A stretch of 64,000 nt of DNA from Tubulanus polymorphus (GCF_964204645.1 NC_134025.1:16281101-16345100), one strand, 5' to 3'; positions 40,606-54,080 are shown, numbered from the stretch's first letter. Numbers and translations are program-made. The notes: generated from the sequence alone by a model not told the origin.

Positions 40606-41607
40606 TATTTCATGATTTATCAGGGTATGATGCTCATTTATTTATCAAGCAACTATGTCATAAAATAGAAGAAATCAATAATGAAATAGAAAGATTAAAT
40701 TCAAAGAGATCAAAAGATAAAATACCAACTTAAGATGTTAGCTAAAACATCTGAAAATTATATATCTTTCCAATTTGGGTGTCTAAGATTTATAGATTCA
40801 TATAGATTTTTAAGCACTTCATTAGATAATTTATCAAAATCATTAGTTGATGATGAATTAAGAATATAAAAACAACACTATCCAAATAATGATGATTTTC
40901 AATTAATGAGATATAAAGGAGCAATTCAATATTCATTTTATAAAAATCATAATGATTTTAATATAACTGAACTTACAAAAGAACAATTCTATGATGAATT
41001 AAAAAATGAATATGTAAAAGATGAAGTTTATAATAGAACATTGAATATTTGGAATCATTTTGGAATGAAAAATCATGGACAATTAGTAGATTTATATCTA
41101 AAATCAGATGTATTATTATTAACTGATATATTTGAAAGGTTTAGAGATGTAAATCAAAAATATTTTAATATTGTTCCATGTCATTGTTATTCATCACCAG
41201 GATTAACTTGGGATTGTGGTTTAAAATTTACAGATATGAAAATGGATTTGTTAACAAATATAGATCAATTATTATTATTTGAAAAATCTATAAGAGGAGG
41301 AGTTTCAGGTGTATTAGGTGATAGATATTTCAATGTAAATGATAACCCTGGATATAAGTTATTATATGTAGATGCAAATAATCTATATGGTTGGGCAATG
41401 ATGGAACCTCAACCTTATGGAGTATTTGAAATAAGTGAAGTTTTACAGTATGAAAATAATGATAAATTTGATTGGAAGAAAAGAATTCTAGATATTGCGG
41501 ATGATTCAGATACTGGATACTTCTTTGTTGTAGACTTGGAATATCCTGAAAACATTAAATTTAAATCTAGAAATTTAGCATACTGTCCAGAACATAAAAC
41601 TTTTACA

Positions 41608-42190
41608 CGGGAAGCACCACAAGTAAGTTATGATAAGATTAAATCTATGGTTAATCGATGCTTAAAAAGCAATTAAATCACAAGATGACTAACACCCGTC
41701 TTTCGACCAATCAGCACGATACCAATTGATTAAATCATTTAACGAATTGGGCTCCTAATATTTGAAATCATTCGTTACAATAGTTGTTCTTTAGACTTGG
41801 CCACTTTTGTTTCAGATAACCGCGTACTAGACCAGTGGTCACCAAGGCATTAAAAAAGTTTTGGAAATTCGATGGTAACATTTTGTCCGTCAAAAAAACT
41901 GTTTCGTTATTATTTCAAGTTTTTCTTTTTAGTCTTCTATAGAATTAACTATATGACGAGTGTTCATAGGAATTGAAATTCGGTGTGATATCAGTCGCCT
42001 GTTACCCCTTTTTCATTGTCAGTTCTATCATGCGCTCTTTTTAAATCTAAAATAGAAAAAAACATGTGTGTTTCGTTATAAACAAGGTTAAATTCCAAAC
42101 GCACGTGAAATATGGAGCCTGTATCACACAATATACACATCTAGCATTTTCTCTAACTAGGCCCTTTCCAAATGGCAATTGTTCAGTTTT
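41608..42190 (+). repeat. Third, partial copy of the long repeat; truncates pPolB
   Basis: Matches 36610-37000 directly, and 46547-46708 and 46800-47400 in reverse. Confidence 0.85.
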
Positions 42191-43442
42191 TTAATGGCCG
42201 ACATTCAGAGGCACCTAAAAACCGGTGGTAGCGCTTGAGATTATCAGTGTAGGCCACATCTTACATCGATTCGGCTCGCGGTCGGTTGTTTAATGGAAAC
42301 ACATCTGGTTGACACTAGTTTCACAGTTGACGAATTCAGAAAACTTTTTTCAAATGTCTTTGATAACATCGTATACTATTCTTCTTAATTACCTTTCGCT
42401 GATTCCATAGATATGTTTTTATGAAAATTGCTCTAGTTATAACGGATTTACATACATGTAAAATCATTATTTTCAAAATATTCAATGTTCTCCGATTTTG
42501 AAGAAATTCTGTCATCTCCACACGACACATGATTTCACTTCGGCGCCTTTTAAGGGAGTGTCCCTTAAAGTTGAGTTCATACTTAGTCAAACAAGGAGAT
42601 ATGCCTGATTCCTTTTTAAAATCTAAATTCGACAGTTATCATCAAATTACTAGAAAGGGACAGCAGCTTTCGGTCATCCGCGAAAAGATACCTAAAATGC
42701 AGTCCTAGGGTTATGGAAAAACAGGACACGAAACATACAGAAAAATCCTTTGTTTGGTAGACTGAAATGATTGAACTCTTAAATAGCAACATTCAGAGAA
42801 ACAAAAACATAAGAACATATTCTCGCCCAGCCTTTAAAAAAAAACAAAACTTAATGATATGAGGCCACGGGTCATCTTTAATTGACATCTTTAATTGAAA
42901 TCAAATGATTTCAATTAAAGATGACACGTACTCATATCAAATGACAGAGCCTATATATTCATTCTCTTACGAGGATGGGTCTCCACATTCATAGGATAGG
43001 AGAATTGTGGGTTCGAATGATGAATACAACTAATAAAGCGTCAATTTCACTGATTCTTGCATAAAAATGTTCAAAGGCGCTTTAGAGTAATCGAGTAAGC
43101 AGATGTGTTTTTAGGAGTCTTTTGAATTTGAATTCAAATCGGGTGTTCATATCGACTATAATTGAGCATTCTAGGGCTGGAGCAAGAAACGTGTGGGATC
43201 GTCCGCCAAGGTATCGCCAAGGAGATAATAAGGAGCCAGTCCGTGGTGGCTATTGAAAGCGACGACCGCATATGAATGCATTGATTGAATGACATCTCAT
43301 AAGTCAGATTATATAAAATCAAACATGATATATGGATAAGTTATTCCATGTATACTGGTAAAAATGATGCCCAATATGTGATATAAATGTTCAATCAAAA
43401 AGTAGAAACTGAAACCATAATTCAGTATGGTATTGATACCAC

Positions 43443-44243
43443 GGTCACAATCCTCTCCTTAGTCGTTGTTTAATAAAAGCGATGATCGGTCCCTGGCGAG
43501 AGAATGTGTCCGTGCACAAACCCAAGTAAAAACTAGAATGCCGAAAAAAAATCTGAATGAATATAATAATAGTAATACGAATTTTATTTACCTTGATAAT
43601 TAATCTAAGCTTTCCAGTTAAACACAGTCCAGTTCTTAGCTCTAAGTTCCTATTGTACTCTCCTGCTGGTAACCCGTCCTGAATCAAATCCCAAACAAGC
43701 TTCTATCAAGTATCAATCGAATCTCTATCGAGTTTCTGCTCTCCTAAGACTGCGGGTCCCTTTTATAGAAAGAATCGGCACTCTTAAAATACCGACTCTC
43801 CCACTCGGCTTTTGGCAAGGAGCAGCAACCCACCTGTCATGACTGTTTTGGTCATGTAGAATTTAGCCTTAATGATTCGCTGATCTAAAATTATTTTCAA
43901 AACTGTTTTGCTAAACTAACCTTTTCCTTCCAACCCCCCTGTCATGACGCGGAATGATTTAATCACTCCTTGCTTATCATCGTTGAGAGAACAGCTATTC
44001 TTTGCGAATTACCAACAGACGTATACAATAAGAGAAACTTTAGAGTGCTAGTATTAACATTTAACACAAATCAATTTTCCTAAAACTTTAGCGATTACAG
44101 AGACTTTGTTCTTAATTAACATTTAGAATACTCAAATTAAATATATTTTCAAAACTTTGTTTTCATCACAAATAACGGTACAAACTTATTGTTTCTTTTC
44201 GACTTATCATTATTACTTTTGATTCGGAAATACATTGTGATCA
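43443..44243 (-). mobile_element. Possible solo LTR
   Basis: Imperfect inverted ends gtcacaat / attgtga; minus-strand TATAAAAGG (~43765) then AATAAA (~43585); no TSD found. Confidence 0.3.
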
Positions 44244-45003
44244 ATGATCATTCTTAAAATCATTCTATAACTGTCAAAGCAAAACAACAATGTCTCCCCA
44301 TACTTCCGTTTTTCTTATAAAAAGTACTCGGGAGTATCATGAAGTAACAGCGTGATTCTTTCACCAGCCACAAATGCACCCCATTGTTCCGACCCAACCA
44401 AACACGGTTCCATCTATTCTTAAGTTTATAAAACGATTTCTGAATGTTTGCCAGATATCGCAGCAGAAGAACCGAGAAAGAATTATTTTTACACCAGGCT
44501 GATTTATGGTCAGCGCTGATAGATTAAAGCATCAAACAACAACTTGCATACTACACCGTTTGTTGTCTGACAACCATTAATAACCACCAACGCATACAGG
44601 AAATCAACATTACAAACATTTTTTAGCTACGACGAAATCTTGCTGCGGATCATCAATCCCCATCCAGCTTAAATTTCGTCCCGAAATTTAGAATTTAGAC
44701 TACCGGGTACTCATGAAAATCACGCTGAAACCTCCCTAGACCGATCCTGAAAAAGGAAATCAATAAAAGACACAATTCATGCTATACGAGTAACTGTTTA
44801 AAGTTCAATCACAACAACGCGTATTAGAGTTCAGGATACCCAATCGGAAGAAAGTACAGTTGAGACCGCTGCCTCGCACACTAAACAAAGAAAAAGTCAA
44901 GCACAAAACAGTTCACAGTTTGAGTTTGAAGTTCACCGCGAAGTGACTCAATAGCTACCAGCCACAACAAGGTACGTCATGGACGGATGAATGACGTCAT
45001 CCA

Positions 45004-45325
45004 CGATTACGATTACGATTTTATTTACACTCCAACCATTTCCATGGTATATGGAGGAAAACTATTACACATGTATATACAAATATTTACAAAACAACAT
45101 TGAAGTGATTAAAATTTAGAGAATGAAAACGTAACAAAATACATATACATCAACTATTTACAATACTATATATACTATTGGAGGGATCTATATACATCCA
45201 AGCCGGTCTTAATGAATTTAGCTAATTTGGGTTTTTCAGAATATCAAGGGTATTAAAGGTATTCAAATTCAAATAGTTTTTGCGGGGTTCGTTAAGTAAG
45301 GTACAGTCAAACAGAAGCAGTTCCT
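45004..45325 (-). pseudogene. 3' fragment of a LINE (RTEX-like)
   Basis: Minus strand reads EELLLFDCTLLNEPR...LAKFI, then a UTR ending AATAAA plus (ATCGTA)n. Confidence 0.5.
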
Positions 45326-45619
45326 CGCAGCGCGTACCGCTACGTCGTTAGTACAGCAAAACGCATCATATGAGTCATTCTGCAGATTTTCCAAAACCTG
45401 CCCTGAGAGGCCAGTCGTTTGAATCAATGGAAAATGACAACCCATTCAACAGATTGAGCTGAAAAGCGGCAAGGTGTTCGGGATATTCAGATTCATTATG
45501 AGAATGCCGGTTTGCTAGCGTATCTATTTAACACTCGTATTGCTCGGGTTAGTTTTACTACCAACGGGTAGTGATTTTGATAGAAGATCTGGACGGAGAA
45601 TAAATATTGAAAATGAAAA

Positions 45620-46546
45620 TCCAGATTTAGTATAACAGAATTTAGAATATAATGAATATATAAATAATTTTAAACCTATATTTGAAAAATGTGGATATAA
45701 TATAAATGATAGAGGTGCCAGATATTTAGTAAGAGAATTAAAATCTTTAGATGGTAAATATTACTATCATTTGAAAGATGATTATTATATTAATATCACT
45801 TATAAAAATCAAAATAAAATATTAGCAGAATAAACTTTGAGTAATTTAGAACCATCTAGAATAAAAAGAATAAGTAATAGTAATGAAATAGAAAATGTTA
45901 CCGACACGTAAATAAATCAAAGTAAAAGAGTATTTAAACAAAAAATTAATGAATTATTTGAAACAATCAATAATAATTTAGAAACAGAAACAACCTCTGA
46001 ACAGAATATAACTTCCAAAACTAGAAAGCTTAAATCAAATGAAGTTCCAATTGAAAAACTTTTACCAAATGGGTTACTTGATGCAACAGATCAAGAATTA
46101 GAAGATTTAATTATATTTTCTGATAAAGCAATTAGAGAAATTATTAGTATAAGACTTACGTCTGATAAATTGCGCATGATAAAAGTATAAGAGATTTTAA
46201 AATTAGAACTTTAGAAAAAGATAGAACTGATAAAATTAAAGAAATAGAACAATTAAAATTAGATAGAGATAATAAAGTTATTGAAGAAATTGAATTTAAA
46301 AAAGGAAATGCATATTTAGAAAAAGAAAAAGATGATTTAGAATATAACATAGAATTACAGGAAGAAGAAATTAAATTATAAAAAAAAACATATAATTATA
46401 ATATTAATAGATTAAAAGTTATTTTTAAAGATTTGTTGATAAAACCAAATTCTGAAATATCATTGAAAGATAGAATAAAATTATTATTTAAACTAGAAGG
46501 CATAACAATTCTTTCAATTCTAACAGCTGTAACTATGGTATTTACA
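45620..46546 (+). pseudogene. AT-rich coiled-coil protein remnant ending in a hydrophobic helix; not in the ORF track
   Basis: Hand translation: IRTLEKDRTDKIKEIEQLKLD...RIKLLFKLEGITILSILTAVTMVFT with stops. Composition resembles the nearby pPolB. Confidence 0.55.
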
Positions 46547-48418
46547 AACTGAACAATTGCCATTTGGAAAGGGCCTAGTTATAGAAAATGCAAGATGTGT
46601 ATATCGTGTGATACAGGCTCCATATTTCATGTTTGGAATTTAACCTTGTTTATAACGAAACACACATGTTTTTATGCTATTTTAGATTTAAAAAGAGCGC
46701 ACGATAGTGTTTCATGAGACCCGCTCGCATGCGACATTAAAAACGGTACTTGATATGATAAGTGAACTTCATTGATATTTTTACTAATCTACTTGCCAAA
46801 AAGACAATAAAAAAGGGTTACAGCTGTATAGCTGATATCACTCAAAATTTCAATTCCTATGAACACTTTCATATAGTGAATTCTACGGAAGAGTCCTGGG
46901 GACATATCTATTAGTTAGTATCTATCTATTAGTAACTCGGAATAAACTAGTTTTCTCAGTTAAATGCGATTTTAAACTTCTAGTTTATTCCGAGTTGCAA
47001 ACTCGGAATTAACCTAAAAAATCATTAAACTGAGAAAACTAGTTGATTCATAGATACTAACTCGGAATTAACCTCGAATTTTTTCTTTAATAGATATGTC
47101 CGCGGGACGCTTCCATAGAATTCTATACAAGAGTAAAAAAACTTTAAACATTAACAAAACAGGTTTTTAGAGGCGGTAAAATCCGCGTTATCATCGAATA
47201 GTACGCGGTTTTCTGAAACGAAAGTGGCCAAGTCTAAAGAATAACTATTGTAAAAATGATTTCAAATATTAAGAACCCAATGCGTTTAATGATTAACTGC
47301 GCAGGTTGGTTGAAAGACGGGTGTTAGTCACCTTGTGATTTAATTGTTTTTTAAGCATCGATTAATTAATCTTATCATAACTTATTTGTAGGCGCTTCCC
47401 ACAAACATTTTCTATTCGTTGAGTTTTCAAACGCAGTACTGTTCAGATGATTTTAGTCAAGCTTCGAGTCAATTAGTAAAAAAGTTTAAAAGTAACCTAT
47501 TTATGGGTAATATATTTCCATCATGTCAACGCCATTCACAAACAGTAGCAAGACATACTGCTGGTCTCTAGAAATAGTAATACGACGACAAGCACTTTTC
47601 GAATTCGACCACGATATTTGAGAAGTTTCAATTGGGCAGTGGTGGTCAGTGATGGTCAATTTATGAATTTTCAATGGCGAATCCTTTCTGGTTTCACTAA
47701 ATGTGGTACCGGTATATCGTTCTTTCAAGAAGTTTCAATTGGTCAGTGGTGGTCGGTATAATGGTCAATTTATGAATTTTCAATGGCGAATCCTTTCTTG
47801 TTTGACACCATAACGTAGTATTTCGTTCTCATATTCGAGAAATTTGAATTGGTCAGTGGTGGTCAGTGATGAATTTGCAATGATTATTCATTAGTAGTTT
47901 GAAAACAAACATGACTTGAAAAATTTCCGAAATTCGTGTGTTCAAGTGTTCAGACTCGGGGATATCTCAATTGGTCAGTTTCTGACCATCATGGTGTCAC
48001 CATGATTGTGGTGTATAGCTCAAATGAAACATGTGGAACCGAAAAAGTAGCCCAAAAGCGTATGTCATTTCCAGTGATGTGATCCAAAAATGCCAGAACT
48101 GGAAAAAGCCGTCTCAGTCTCAATTAGACGAAATCAAATCGATCAGGAAAATTAAAATTTGGGAAGGCCACAGTGGCCTTTCTACGAAGCCCTAGTGGTA
48201 TAGCGTATTGGTATTATGACATCTTTTTTGTACCACATGAAGTAATAAGCATCGTTGTAAGCACTTGAAACTACCATTAACCACTTGAAACTGTCAGATC
48301 AAACATCATACCGCATCCCCGCAAAAGGGGTAGTTCAGCAAACTGGAGCTTTCATTTGCCTATCTAGACTACCCCGCCATTACGGGTAGCCGAGCAAACC
48401 GGAAAACTCATAATGTCA
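46547..48418 (-). repeat. Longest copy of the long repeat, inverted; contains a palindromic MITE at ~46899-47102
   Basis: Ends ccggaaaactcataatgtca, the reverse complement of the start at 35515. Confidence 0.9.
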
Positions 48419-49267
48419 AACTAGTTTTCGATCATACAATAGAAGACTACGCTGTATTCTATAGAAATAAATGAAGAAATACAAATACTTTTAATCATAT
48501 CAAGCTAAAACAGTTAAAAAGTCAAGACGATAGGGAAACAAAAGTTTCATGCGGAATGCTCGTTACATCTAAAATCAAAATATGAATTTTTGCTGAAATG
48601 TATAAGAAAATAGAATTAGAATTGGTATTTTTCAGAAAAAAATTAAAAAATACAAATATTTTTCATAGAAATAAAGAAATGAAAAAAAATTTTTCTCTGT
48701 GGGATCATTTTTTATCAAAACATCATCAAAAATTTCATCTATTACTTAATGAAGAAGAAAAATCACAATTATTCTCATCAATAGAATTTTGCTGCAATGT
48801 TACGTAATTAATGATAACGATGATACAAATTTTTGGAACAATTGAATTATATGATTCCAAGTGGCGCTGTTTTTAATTGTAATCAATAATTTACGATTAA
48901 CGTGCTATGTTTCTTCGAATTTCTTTGCAATTTACTTTCTTTTGTTACCTTTGCACGTATTTCTATACATTGTTTGCATCAATAAATATGAATGCACTTG
49001 TGTTAAATAACAAAGACCTTATCGCATCGTAATTAAACTGGCTATCGGCTTGCTCATACATTAATGGGAGGTGACGAAGAGATGAGGAGAGCACGCAATT
49101 GCTCATTACATCAATACAAAGCATTCGACAGATTTTCTAAACTCATTTTGGTTTCATGCGTATAGGCCTAGCCTAGATTGCAAATGTAAGGAAAATCTGT
49201 ATTATCGAAACGAATAAAAAGAGAAAAGAAATCTGTGATTAATGAAAACAATGATGATTGTTTGTGG

Positions 49268-49620
49268 CAGTTAAACTGGCCTCTCGGGGCAGGTTGATTT
49301 CTGCAGAATGAAACTGGCCTCTCGGGTTAGGTTGATATCAGAACTCAAACTGCAGCAGTTAAACTGGCCTCTCAGGGCAGGTTGATTTCTGCAGAATGAA
49401 ACTGGCCTCTAAGGCCAGGTTGATATCAGAAGTCAAACTGCAGCAGTAAAACTGGCCTCTCAGGGCAGGTGATATCAAAACTCAAACTGCAGCAGTTAAA
49501 CTGGCCTCTCGGGGTGGGTTGATTTCTGAAGAATGAAACTGGCCTCTCAGGGCAGGTTGATATCAGAACTCAGGCAGGTTCCTGCCTTGAGAAGCCATGT
49601 GGCCTCTCAGGGCAGGTCTG
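49268..49620. repeat. Minisatellite with ~38-bp and ~49-bp subunits
   Basis: Repeated aaactggcctctc.gggcaggttgat followed by either ttctgcagaatg or atcagaactcaaactgcagcagtt. Confidence 0.9.
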
Positions 49621-50569
49621 CGGATTCTTAAGAATGACCCTTCTCAAACGCACTCATGTTCAGCTGATACTTGCTCGCCATTCATAGACGTTATAGTACT
49701 ACGGTTACTATATCGGAGTCTTTTCTCCACAGTTAATATAGAAACGGAACAGTAGCTTGCGCAAACAACATTCCATTGAGCGTAAATGTAAATACACGGT
49801 AGCCATCTTTAACACACTCGACTTTACCCCGCTAAAATGTCTACGGAATTTCTCTTTTTTTCTGCTTATTTCGTATCGCGTTGGCCAGGTGTCTTTGTCC
49901 ACCCTTCATCACTTAAGTTTGTGAGTATATAGCAAGTCTTCGAGAGTGACAAGCACCGCTAACCATGGCCATAATCGCATGACTTAACATCGGGCATGAA
50001 TCCATCCCGTTAAAACCAAGTGAGTGCATCGAAAAATTCATTGATCCGTACAATGTCTGTGTATTCTGTGGTTCATCCGACAAATACGATATTTTGAAGA
50101 AACACACAATCAGTCACAGAGGAGCAACAATATGATTTAAGCACCTCGAATCAACACGGATCGAATCGCCCATTTATTTAAGCAACGCGCCTACAACGAT
50201 TTGCCTACAACGTCCATTTATTTAACCAAATCGCCAACGCGAGTACCCAACGCGACCAAATCGCTCATCGAAGCGCTTTGATTCGATTTGCTACGACAGT
50301 GGAGCGTTCGGTTATAGATCAAAAACAAAATGGTGGCTTTTTCAATCGCAGAAAATTCAGGTTCCGGTTGTTCAGAGTAGGGTCATTTATTTAAGGCGAT
50401 TCGATTTGTACCACGTGACAGTAATCGACGGAGCAAAGCGATTTTATACGAGTTGCTTAAATAAAAATGCCTTTAGATCAGCGCTTGAAACTCCAATAAT
50501 TGTAAGAATAGAAGGTGCCCCGACCGATTGCCCACATGATGTAGTTGACCGCATCATAAAACGATATAG

Positions 50570-51095
50570 GATTGAATGTTTGGTCAGGTAGCCATATAAT
50601 CGTTTATGAACTAGCTTTTCAATAACTTTACTGATTGAAGGCAACAGTGATATAGGTCGATAGTTCGAAAATATTTTTTTATCGCCTTTATTGTATAGAG
50701 GGATTACTTTGGAGGTTTTTAGTACATCGGGCATCACACCATTTTGAAAGGAATTGTTAACGATATAAGCTAACGGTTTAGCAATGATATGGCTCGTAGC
50801 TTTTAGTACAGTATTGTTGATATTGTCATGCCCACACGAGGTTTTACAATCTAGAGAACAGATAGTGTTATAAAGTTCATTTTCGTCCTTGGGAAAAAGA
50901 AAGAAGTTGCTATCAAAGTTATTAGGCATATAATCTTTGAACGATTTCATTGATCTAGGTAATTTCTTAGAGAGATTTTCACCAACAGTGCTAAAATATT
51001 TAGAGTACTCATTACATATCAGTCGATTATCATTATATAACTTTCCATTAATATTAAACTCGTCTGGTATTGTTGATTTGTCATTTGTTTTACTT
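50570..51095 (-). pseudogene. CR1/L2-group LINE RT fragment
   Basis: SCGHDNI, KVIPLYNKGD, NYRPISLLPSISKVIEK. Confidence 0.85.
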
Positions 51096-51251
51096 CATGG
51101 TACTCCAGAGTTTACGGCTGTTTGTTTTGAAATTAAGCAATTTTTTGCTGAAGTATTGCTGCTTAGCTTTTCTTTTGATACTGTTGTAAGTGTTCCTATA
51201 AGTAGTTATATAGGGTCACTTTGGGACCGAGTGAGGAGCAGTGAGGAGCAA

Positions 51252-51307
51252 TGACGTCATCCCTGACGTCATGGATGACGTCATGGATGACGTCATTGAT
51301 TACATCA
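51252..51307. promoter_or_regulatory. Array of CRE-type palindromes in the Maverick terminus
   Basis: TGACGTCA at 51252, 51264, 51276 and 51288, plus a degenerate TTACATCA at 51300. Confidence 0.6.
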
Positions 51308-51574
51308 TGTTGGCGGGGAAAACGTGTTTGGGAATAACGATGATGTTAAAACAATGGGTTTATAATAGCCGAGCCATCGTATCCGATAGAACAATGACTT
51401 TGTAATTATTTCGTATACACTAAAAAGGGCTTTTGATCCGATTAACTGATTTAACACGATTCTGTATGGTTTTTAATTGCGCATTTTATTATTCTCCTCT
51501 AGTCACCACTAAAACAAAAATGACGATCTCCTCTAGTCACCACTAAAACAAAATGAACTATTAATTAATTAGAA

Positions 51575-51578
<4 letters not shown>

Positions 51579-51652
<74 letters not shown>
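51579..51652. repeat. (TA)n microsatellite
   Basis: Seen directly. Confidence 0.95.
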
Positions 51653-51657
<5 letters not shown>

Positions 51658-51737
51658 TATTACATTATTTATACAGATAATTATTTTACAAATATTTTAC
51701 ACCGTTTTTTAAATATCCTGCTATGTAGCCGCGACGA

Positions 51738-52403
51738 CTAGTAAGCGTCGAAGTATACGTTTTGGACATTATACGATGGCATGACCCTCGGAGACCTCGA
51801 CGGTATGGGATCACTGTACGCATTTCGGCAATTATGGCATTCGAAACCCCGCACATTTTTCAGTTTTTTAATACATGCTACATGTATTTGTTTGTTGCAA
51901 CACCTCATTGGCTTATCGATACATGGTTCGTAGCAAATACAACAAGTTAAATCTATGTTTTGTTGACATGACTGGCACGATGACGATTCATTCAACGGTA
52001 CGACACACTCTTTGCACACAGGTTCGCTGCAACAAGGCATCTGTCCGGTCGTGTATCGGAGCGCGCATGCACGACAAACGTTTTCGTCCCTATCCAAGCC
52101 GGGTACTTGTCCAAAACAGCCAGCTTGAAAAAATTCATCGAAGTGTTCTTCAAACCCGCTTATGCGCATAAGCGGGCAAATAATATGTTCTTGGTCGATC
52201 TGGTCGGCCGCTGCCTCACTGAAACACCTGAAGCAAATGATCTTCTCGCAACAGTTTGTGACGAAATCAAATGGATCCTCATCGTGACCCAGTTGTTTCA
52301 TACAGCAGTGACATTTAACATCACCGGTAGCGGTATAAAAAATTGGAATTTCGCTTCTTTCCACATCCTGTTCTTTTTTCCAAAAGTCGTTGGAAAAAGC
52401 CAT
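51738..52403 (-). CDS. Maverick accessory protein with three RING-like zinc fingers
   Basis: CHCC..CCEKIICFRC..CP; CRAC..CCSEPVCKEC..CQSC; CCIC..CCNKQIHVAC..CHNC. Confidence 0.75.
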   Translation of the reverse strand: MAFSNDFWKKEQDVERSEIPIFYTATGDVKCHCCMKQLGHDEDPFDFVTNCCEKIICFRCFSEAAADQIDQEHIICPLMRISGFEEHFDEFFQAGCFGQVPGLDRDENVCRACALRYTTGQMPCCSEPVCKECVVPLNESSSCQSCQQNIDLTCCICYEPCIDKPMRCCNKQIHVACIKKLKNVRGFECHNCRNAYSDPIPSRSPRVMPSYNVQNVYFDAY

Positions 52404-53025
52404 CGTCGTAGTCGGTAGTGGGTTAATATTAGGGTTGCACGGTCCACAGCGAGTAATAGAATGAGATAAAAAATCAAATCCTCTAAAAGCGAATTACTAA
52501 CCCGTATAATCTTATCAAACATCTTAAAATTGCCTCAATTAAGTAAATAACCCCCCATCGGTATTACTAAATTACGCCCTATTTTATTTTTCCATCCCAA
52601 TTAACCCATATAATTATAACACCTATTCAAACTATAGCGTCTCGGATGTGTCAAAATAAACCATTAGCTGTCCATTATAACCATATACATTAGGTAAAAC
52701 AGTATTCTATTATAAAATAATAGTACGTAGTTATAATCATTTCGTTTATATAGCGATAAAACAGTTATTTCATCGTCTAGAAGGTTAAGAGCTATTCGCA
52801 GACGGAAATAAGTAACCAAACCTTGTGATATGTCATCGAGTTCTCGTTGACGACAATTATCACTATCTCGGCCATAGTTTCAATCGTAACTAATTCTCCA
52901 TAGTCAATGTCAAATAATGGTAATTTACACTAAATTAGTGTCAACCAATGTCTATTACTATTAATCATATTTTCTGCTTATGAGTATATAGACCCTTGTA
53001 AACTAGTCACTTCATTCGTAAAAAA

Positions 53026-53478
<453 letters not shown>

Positions 53479-53646
53479 TAACTTGGTGAACGAAACTAAC
53501 AAACCAATTAAAACGGCCTTTATCAAGGCCAACCTAAATTTCTCAGAAAGAGTCAGTGTATGAACCGCCAAGCTCCTCGCTTATATGCTTATATCATCAG
53601 TTCTTATAAGGACTTCTACACCATCAGTTCTTATAAGGACTCTACA

Positions 53647-54020
53647 GAGAGAGAGAGAGAGGGAGGGAGAGAGGGAGAGGGGGAGAGGGGGAGAGGGGGA
53701 GAGGGGGAGAGGGGGAGAGGGGGAGAGGGGGAGAGGGGGAGAGGGGGAGAGGGGGAGAGGGGGAAAGGGGGAGAGGGGGAGAGGGGGAGAGGGGGAGAGG
53801 GGGAAAGGGGGAGAGGGGGAGAGGGGGAGAGGGGGAGAGGGGGAGAGGGGGAGAGGGGGAGAGGGGGAGAGGGGGAGAGGGGGAGAGGGGGAGAGGGGGA
53901 GAGGGGGAGAGGGGGAGAGGGGGAGAGGGAGAGAGGGAGAGAGGGAGAGAGGGAGAGAGGGAGAGAGGGAGAGAGGGAGAGAGGGAGAGAGGGAGAGAGG
54001 GAGAGAGGGAGAGAGGGAGA

Positions 54021-54074
<54 letters not shown>
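53647..54074. repeat. Pure-purine GA/G-run tract
   Basis: ~430 bp of only G and A, in 15-bp, 12-bp and 2-bp units. Confidence 0.95.

Positions 54075-54080
<6 letters not shown>

Larger units (their letters stand above)
37655..41607 (+). pseudogene. Decayed Polinton/adintovirus-like pPolB with N-terminal C2H2 fingers and an endonuclease VII-like insert
   Basis: C2H2 fingers, VIYGDSES (Exo I), CFYC...DHDHLNGKFRGAAHENCNL, PVIFHDLSGYDAH after removing the Tc1/mariner insert, YLKSDVLLL, IRGGVS, YVDANNLYGWAM. Truncated before KLxxN and DTDS. Confidence 0.9.

Noticed and set aside
49268-49620. CRISPR-like repeat-spacer appearance
   Set aside because: The spacers are two recurring sequences rather than unique ones, there are no cas genes, and the context is eukaryotic.
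50330-50570. Possible LINE ORF1 start (TPIIVRIEGAPTDCP)
   Set aside because: Too short and broken to assign.
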